Assembly: GCA_963706325.1 (NCBI GenBank) | Contig: CAVPLT010000005.1 | Location: 224,001-288,000 of the forward strand | Source of the DNA: an uncultured Nitrospiraceae bacterium | GTDB taxonomy: Bacteria > Nitrospirota > Nitrospiria > Nitrospirales > Nitrospiraceae | DNA: 64,000 bases | Reading direction: 5' to 3' | Shown here: one piece after another, positions 59,258-64,000 of the stretch | Layout: every line of letters begins with the position of its first letter | How positions within the stretch are numbered: position 1 is the stretch's first letter | Notes under the pieces: model-generated | What the model saw: only the letters and a program-made list of their open reading frames with translations | Told to the model about the DNA's origin: nothing | The model's database searches: none | Made by a program: the position numbers and the translations under genes

Positions 59258-59683
59258 ATGGGTGAGGAACAGGACCAAGGATTCGTCATCCGCGACCGTC
59301 GTGGACGGAGTGAAGGCACGCCCCCATCGGGAGTCCCAACGCCGCCCTCTGAGGCTGTGCCATCGGCCCCTGAGACGCAGCATGAGCACGCCGATTCGAA
59401 AACATCGGCCGGCCATCTCCCTGTGAACTTTTCCTCCTTTGTGATCTCCATGGGAAGCTCGGCCTTGATGCTCATGGGCGAGCAGTTGGATCCTGGTCAG
59501 CCTGCGATGCCGCTGAATCTTCCGCAAGCGAAAGAAATCATCGATTTGCTTTCCATGCTGGATGAGAAAACGCGGGGCAATCTGACTGCAGACGAGCAAG
59601 TCGTGATGAAAGACATGCTCTACGCGTTGAGGATGAAATTTGTCAGCCTGACCTCCGGCAAATCGACGCTTCACACCCCGTAG
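59258..59683 (+). CDS. DUF1844-family protein
   Basis: FSSFVISM...AL..MG, AKEIIDLL.ML.EKTRGNL..DE; GGAGG RBS. Confidence 0.85.
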   Translation: MGEEQDQGFVIRDRRGRSEGTPPSGVPTPPSEAVPSAPETQHEHADSKTSAGHLPVNFSSFVISMGSSALMLMGEQLDPGQPAMPLNLPQAKEIIDLLSMLDEKTRGNLTADEQVVMKDMLYALRMKFVSLTSGKSTLHTP

Positions 59684-59887
59684 TCCCGTGACCCCCTCCT
59701 GTATGCTACCCTGCTCCGCGCGGTCCCTCCCTCGCATGGTCGCGCCTGCTCCCGGCGCGACGTTTGCGTGATTGTGCTTCGATGGGGACCGCACTGGCCG
59801 GATGACTGTGCCCTTTTGAGACTCCTCTCGAAATTCGTTATAGTGATGCTGGATCCCGTGAGCAGGAGAAGCGCCGGAGCCTGATAG

Positions 59888-62185
59888 ATGCCTGAATCGA
59901 TGGACATGGCAAAGCTCGTTCCTCCTGGCGTGCTTCGTGACAAGGAGCCGTCTTCATCCTCGTCGGCCGAAAACGAGCGTCGAAAACGCCACGTTCGTCC
60001 GGTCTGGATTGTCTTAATTCTTTTACTGCCCTGCCTGGCCCTGACTTTCTACTATGCTCAGACGGCTATTCCGCTGGGTGAAGAGTCGGACTCCTTCCTG
60101 CCCAGCACGGGATACGCCTTTGTCCTTCTGCTGGTCAATCTGGATCTGATCGGCCTCGTCGTTCTGACGTTGCTGCTGTCCCGCAATCTCATCAAGGCCT
60201 ATTTCGAACGACGGCATCGTCTCGTCGGATCAGGGTTTCGCGCCAAGCTGGTCGCCGCCTTCATCGGATTTTCACTCATTCCTACCGTCTTGTTGGCACT
60301 GGTGGCCAGCGGGCTCGTGAATAAGGCGGTCGATGTGTGGTTCAACGATCAAATTGAACATGTCATGAAGGATTCGTATGAAGTTGCGCGCATGCACCAT
60401 GCCGGTCATGTGTCTTTGGCGATCAATAGCGCGCGAGCCATCAGCCATGAAATTTTCCGCGAAGAACTGCTGCTGGCTGAACAACGTGACTTGCTGGTCG
60501 CCGCGATCGCCCGCAAACGAGCGGAGTATGCGACGGCCGGGATTGAAGTATTTTCTTCGAAAATGGAGACACTGACTAAGTCGCTCGATCCTGAGGTGCC
60601 GGTTACGGTACTCGATCTGCCGATCGGCCAACTGGTGTTGCAGGTGATCAACGGCAAGCAGGAGCTCACGTCCGTCCAGGAGGCTCAGACGGGGCGCTTG
60701 GTGAGGGCCGGCGTGCCCATTGCCTCCAGCGTCCGCCGAGGGGAGATCGATGGGGTGGTCGTGGTAGATGCCTATGTGCCCGAATCCTTGCTGGGCAAGA
60801 TGGAGAGTATCGGCCGCCAGTACGCCGAATACAAACAGATGAAGGCGATGAAAAACCCTATCAAGGCCGGTGCCTATCTGCTCGTGGCGGTCATTACGGT
60901 CATGATTCTGTTCAGCGCGACCTGGTTTGGGTTCTACGTGGCTCGCGGCATTACCGTTCCGATTCAGCGACTGGCGGAGGCGACAGAATCTATTGCGCAG
61001 GGCGATCTATCGGTGCGAATCGATGCGAAAGCAACCGATGAAATCGGCACCTTGGTCGCGTCGTTCAATCGTATGACCGCCGATTTGCAGAGCAGCAAAA
61101 CGAAAGTGGAAGAGGCCAACATATCTCTTCGGCAATCAAACCTCGAGCTGGATCGCCGGCGCGCCTACATCGAAACGGTCGTGGATACGATTGCCGCGGG
61201 ACTCTTGTCCATCGATCGGCAGGGAATCATTACCACGTTCAATCCTTCGGCCGAGCGCATGCTGGGGCTCTGGGCCGATCGGTTTCGGGGGCGGTCGGCC
61301 AACGAGACGTTCAAAGAATACAAATTGGACCTGTTTCAGTCCGTCTACGATCGTATGCTGAGCGACCAGCGGGACAATCTCGCGGTGGAAGGTCAGTTGG
61401 ACTTACAGGGGCGATTCCTAACCATCGGGGTACACTGTTCCCGGATGAAGGATGAAGCAAACCGGGACCTCGGCTTCGTGTTGATCTTTGAGGACCTGTC
61501 GGAATTGATCAAAGCGCAGAAGGCGGCGGCGTGGCGGGAAGTGGCGCAACGCATTGCCCATGAGATCAAGAACCCTTTGACGCCTATTCAACTCTCTGCG
61601 CAACGGTTGCGGAAAAAGTTTCAGGACAAAGCACCGGACTTCGATCGAATCTGTGACGAGTCGACGCAGGTCATCGTGAATGAGGTCGCCGGCCTCAAAC
61701 AAATGCTGGACGAGTTTTCAAAATTTGCGCGCATGCCGGCGCCGCACATGACGATGGGCTCATTGGACGACGTTGTCAAAGAAGTCGTCGCCCTCTATGA
61801 GAGCGCGCATCGCGAGATCGACTGTGTGGTGGAACTCGACCACGACCTGCCGTCGTTTAATTTCGATCGTGAGCAGATCAAGCGAGTCTTGGTAAATTTA
61901 TGCGATAACGCTATTCACGCGATGAATCACAAAGGGCGCCTCTGGATCAAGACTCGCTACGACACGAAGCAGCATCGGGCGGTCGTGACGGTTGCGGACG
62001 AGGGGACGGGTATCACGCCGGAGGATCAAGAGAAGCTATTCGTGCCGTATTTTTCCCGAAAAAAGACCGGCACGGGATTGGGCCTGGCGATCGTGCGGCG
62101 GATCGTGACCGATCACGACGGCCAGATTCATGCGGGCAATCACCAGCCTAAAGGCGCCTTGTTTACGTTCGAATTGCCGGTATGA
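59888..62185 (+). CDS. ntrY: NtrY-like sensor histidine kinase (HAMP, PAS, HisKA, HATPase)
   Basis: GSGFRAKLV, AAWREVAQRIAHEIKNPLTPIQLSAQRL, FSKFARMP, GTGLGLAIV; start could be 59906. Confidence 0.88.
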   Translation: MPESMDMAKLVPPGVLRDKEPSSSSSAENERRKRHVRPVWIVLILLLPCLALTFYYAQTAIPLGEESDSFLPSTGYAFVLLLVNLDLIGLVVLTLLLSRNLIKAYFERRHRLVGSGFRAKLVAAFIGFSLIPTVLLALVASGLVNKAVDVWFNDQIEHVMKDSYEVARMHHAGHVSLAINSARAISHEIFREELLLAEQRDLLVAAIARKRAEYATAGIEVFSSKMETLTKSLDPEVPVTVLDLPIGQLVLQVINGKQELTSVQEAQTGRLVRAGVPIASSVRRGEIDGVVVVDAYVPESLLGKMESIGRQYAEYKQMKAMKNPIKAGAYLLVAVITVMILFSATWFGFYVARGITVPIQRLAEATESIAQGDLSVRIDAKATDEIGTLVASFNRMTADLQSSKTKVEEANISLRQSNLELDRRRAYIETVVDTIAAGLLSIDRQGIITTFNPSAERMLGLWADRFRGRSANETFKEYKLDLFQSVYDRMLSDQRDNLAVEGQLDLQGRFLTIGVHCSRMKDEANRDLGFVLIFEDLSELIKAQKAAAWREVAQRIAHEIKNPLTPIQLSAQRLRKKFQDKAPDFDRICDESTQVIVNEVAGLKQMLDEFSKFARMPAPHMTMGSLDDVVKEVVALYESAHREIDCVVELDHDLPSFNFDREQIKRVLVNLCDNAIHAMNHKGRLWIKTRYDTKQHRAVVTVADEGTGITPEDQEKLFVPYFSRKKTGTGLGLAIVRRIVTDHDGQIHAGNHQPKGALFTFELPV

Positions 62186-62215
62186 CAGCGTTGATCGGCC
62201 AGTAGTGGAGAAATC

Positions 62216-63619
62216 ATGCCTGCCTCGATTCTCATTGTAGATGACGAAGTATCGATTCTAAATTCCTTAAGCAGCATCCTGGAGGATGAAGGCTATGAGG
62301 TGAGTGTAGCCAAGAGCGGTGTCGAGGCGCTGAAGCTGTGCGCTGTGAATCCGCCGGAATTGATGATGTTGGATATTTGGATGCCCGAGATGGACGGTCT
62401 GGAGACGCTGAGACGGTTGCGGGAATTAGTCCCCAATACGCAGGTCATGATGATGTCGGGGCATGGGTCAATTGAGACGGCGGTCAAGGCCATTAAGCTG
62501 GGCGCCTACGACTACATTGAAAAGCCGCTGTCGCTCGAAAACGTCACGTTGCGCGTGAAACATGCGTTGGATCAGCATCGGCTTGAGCAGGAAAACCGTA
62601 CTCTTCGCACCAAGGTGGAACGCAAGTTCGAATTTGTGGGGCGCGCTCCCGTCATGCAGCAGTTGAAGCAAATTATCGAAACAGCCGGTCCCACCAACAG
62701 TCGCGTCTTGATCGGCGGCGAGAACGGCACCGGAAAGGAACTCGTGGCCAGGGCCATCCATCAGCATAGCCCTCGAGTCGATCGTCCTTTTGTGGCGGTA
62801 AATTGCGCCGCCATTCCTGAAACATTGATTGAGAGCGAACTGTTCGGGCACGAGCGCGGGTCGTTCAGCGGCGCAACAGCTATGAAGCGCGGTCAATTCG
62901 AACAGGCCGATAGCGGAACCCTCTTCCTGGATGAAATCGCGGATATGAGCCTGAGTACGCAAGCGAAAGTGTTGCGAGCCCTCCAGGAACAACAGTTCAC
63001 TCGGGTCGGCGGGACGAAATTGATCAAGGTGGATGTGCGGGTATTGGCGGCTTCCAATAAGGATCTCTTGAAGGAAATTAACAAAGGCGCCTTTCGGGAA
63101 GACCTCTTTTACCGACTGAATGTGGTGCCGATTGTCGTGCCGCCGTTGCGGGATCGTCGCGAAGACATTCCGCTTCTTGTGACACATTTCCTGCATGTGC
63201 ATGCCGAAGAGCAAGGGCTGAAGATCAAACAGGTGCCGCCGGACGCCATGGACGTCTTCATGCAGTATGAGTGGCCAGGCAATATTCGCGAATTGCGCAA
63301 CCTGATTGAACGACTCATGATCATGGTGCCGGGCCCGGTCATCGAAGCCTCGCATGCGTCGGTGGCCCTGCAAGTGCGCTCCCATCTGTCGGCCCCGCAC
63401 CCGGTCGCAGGGGGGGCGCAACCGGGCAGTTCGCTCCTGAGCAGGCACTACGACTCGCTTCGCGATGCCCGTAATGCCTTCGAGAGAGAATTCATTGCGC
63501 GCAAGCTGCGCGAACATCACTGGAATATTTCCCGCACTGCCGAAGACCTCCAAATTGAGCGCAGCCACCTGCATCGAAAGATTAAGCTGCTGGATGTCGA
63601 GATGCGTCCGGAAAGCTAA
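62216..63619 (+). CDS. ntrX: NtrX-like sigma54-type response regulator
   Basis: Receiver LDIWMP; GENGTGKE; ELFGHERGSFSGA (GAFTGA variant); LFLDEI; WPGNIREL; Fis-type HTH. Confidence 0.88.
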   Translation: MPASILIVDDEVSILNSLSSILEDEGYEVSVAKSGVEALKLCAVNPPELMMLDIWMPEMDGLETLRRLRELVPNTQVMMMSGHGSIETAVKAIKLGAYDYIEKPLSLENVTLRVKHALDQHRLEQENRTLRTKVERKFEFVGRAPVMQQLKQIIETAGPTNSRVLIGGENGTGKELVARAIHQHSPRVDRPFVAVNCAAIPETLIESELFGHERGSFSGATAMKRGQFEQADSGTLFLDEIADMSLSTQAKVLRALQEQQFTRVGGTKLIKVDVRVLAASNKDLLKEINKGAFREDLFYRLNVVPIVVPPLRDRREDIPLLVTHFLHVHAEEQGLKIKQVPPDAMDVFMQYEWPGNIRELRNLIERLMIMVPGPVIEASHASVALQVRSHLSAPHPVAGGAQPGSSLLSRHYDSLRDARNAFEREFIARKLREHHWNISRTAEDLQIERSHLHRKIKLLDVEMRPES

Positions 63620-63621
63620 TA

Positions 63622-63742
63622 AGGCTGCTGAAAAAGGCCTGCAACTTGGTTCTCGGCTCGAAACAATCCTCAACGTACCCCAGGGTACGCCTCCGGTTCT
63701 TTCTCGCCTGCGGCCTTGTTGTAGGACCTTTTTGAGCAGCCT
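63622..63742. mobile_element. MITE-like miniature element with terminal inverted repeats
   Basis: Left AGGCTGCTGAAAAAGGCCTGCAAC; right end reverse-complements to AGGCTGCTCAAAAAGGTCCTACAAC; internal palindrome CGTACCC-ca-GGGTACG. Confidence 0.7.
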
Positions 63743-63804
63743 GGATCTTCCTCGGACTCCCGCTGTTGACCAAGTGTCTGTTGCATAGCTAAGATGCCGA
63801 CCCT

Positions 63805-64000
63805 ATGACTACCTACCGTGATGCCGGGGTCGATATCGATGCCGGTGATGAATTTGTCGAGCGAATTAAGCCGCATGTGCGGGCCACCTTTCGTCCGGAA
63901 GTGATGACCGATCTGGGCGGCTTCGGAGGCTTGTTCCGATTTCAAGCCAATCGCTATCAGGATCCGGTGCTCGTGTCGGGGACCGACGGCGTCGGAACCA
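63805..64000 (+). CDS. purM: Phosphoribosylformylglycinamidine cyclo-ligase (5' part, runs off the window)
   Basis: [14 protein letters not shown]...LGGFGGLF...[12 protein letters not shown]. Confidence 0.95.
   Translation, partial: MTTYRDAGVDIDAGDEFVERIKPHVRATFRPEVMTDLGGFGGLFRFQANRYQDPVLVSGTDGVGT

Noticed and set aside
59720..59793. tRNA gene
   Set aside because: The ends pair and the size fits, but TTCGA is too close to the acceptor stem for a T-arm and there is no proper D-arm or anticodon arm
62468..63673. Long antisense ORFs (also 54290-55387, 34308-35366 off-frame, 5-739 and others)
   Set aside because: Shadow ORFs of well-supported genes in GC-rich DNA, with no motifs

Overview
This is a GC-rich bacterial chromosomal window. 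Gene content and style (heterodimeric biotin carboxylase, hemE-hemH-hemY, DUF3365/DUF3015/DUF1844-type proteins, a short terminal-inverted-repeat intergenic element) suggest the genus Nitrospira, which is an inference. It is mostly housekeeping and conserved-hypothetical genes: DnaJ-domain protein, amidohydrolases, aminotransferase, a NarL-type two-component locus, Lhr-like helicase, Aas-like lipid salvage enzyme (frameshifted), MutS-domain protein, prmA, thiD/tenA, sthA, tpx, pycAB-like genes, desaturase, heme genes, mazG, an NtrYX-like pair and the start of purM. I found no rRNA, tRNA, CRISPR array, intact transposase or prophage. The most interesting items are: (1) a sigma54-preceded secreted protein with three ~100-aa repeats, Pro-rich linkers and a frameshifted FN3 tail; (2) a translationally coupled HNH-like/HEAT/membrane trio between tenA and thiD next to a foldback element; (3) an orphan cluster of DnaA-, Fis- and NrdR-like sites between convergent genes; (4) a two-component locus ending in a solo receiver in frame with a small Cys4 domain; (5) a lipoprotein Tpx lacking the resolving Cys; (6) a 18-22 kb patch of decayed genes; (7) small ORFs, one of them missing from the ORF track. 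None of these is demonstrated to be a novel system from sequence alone.
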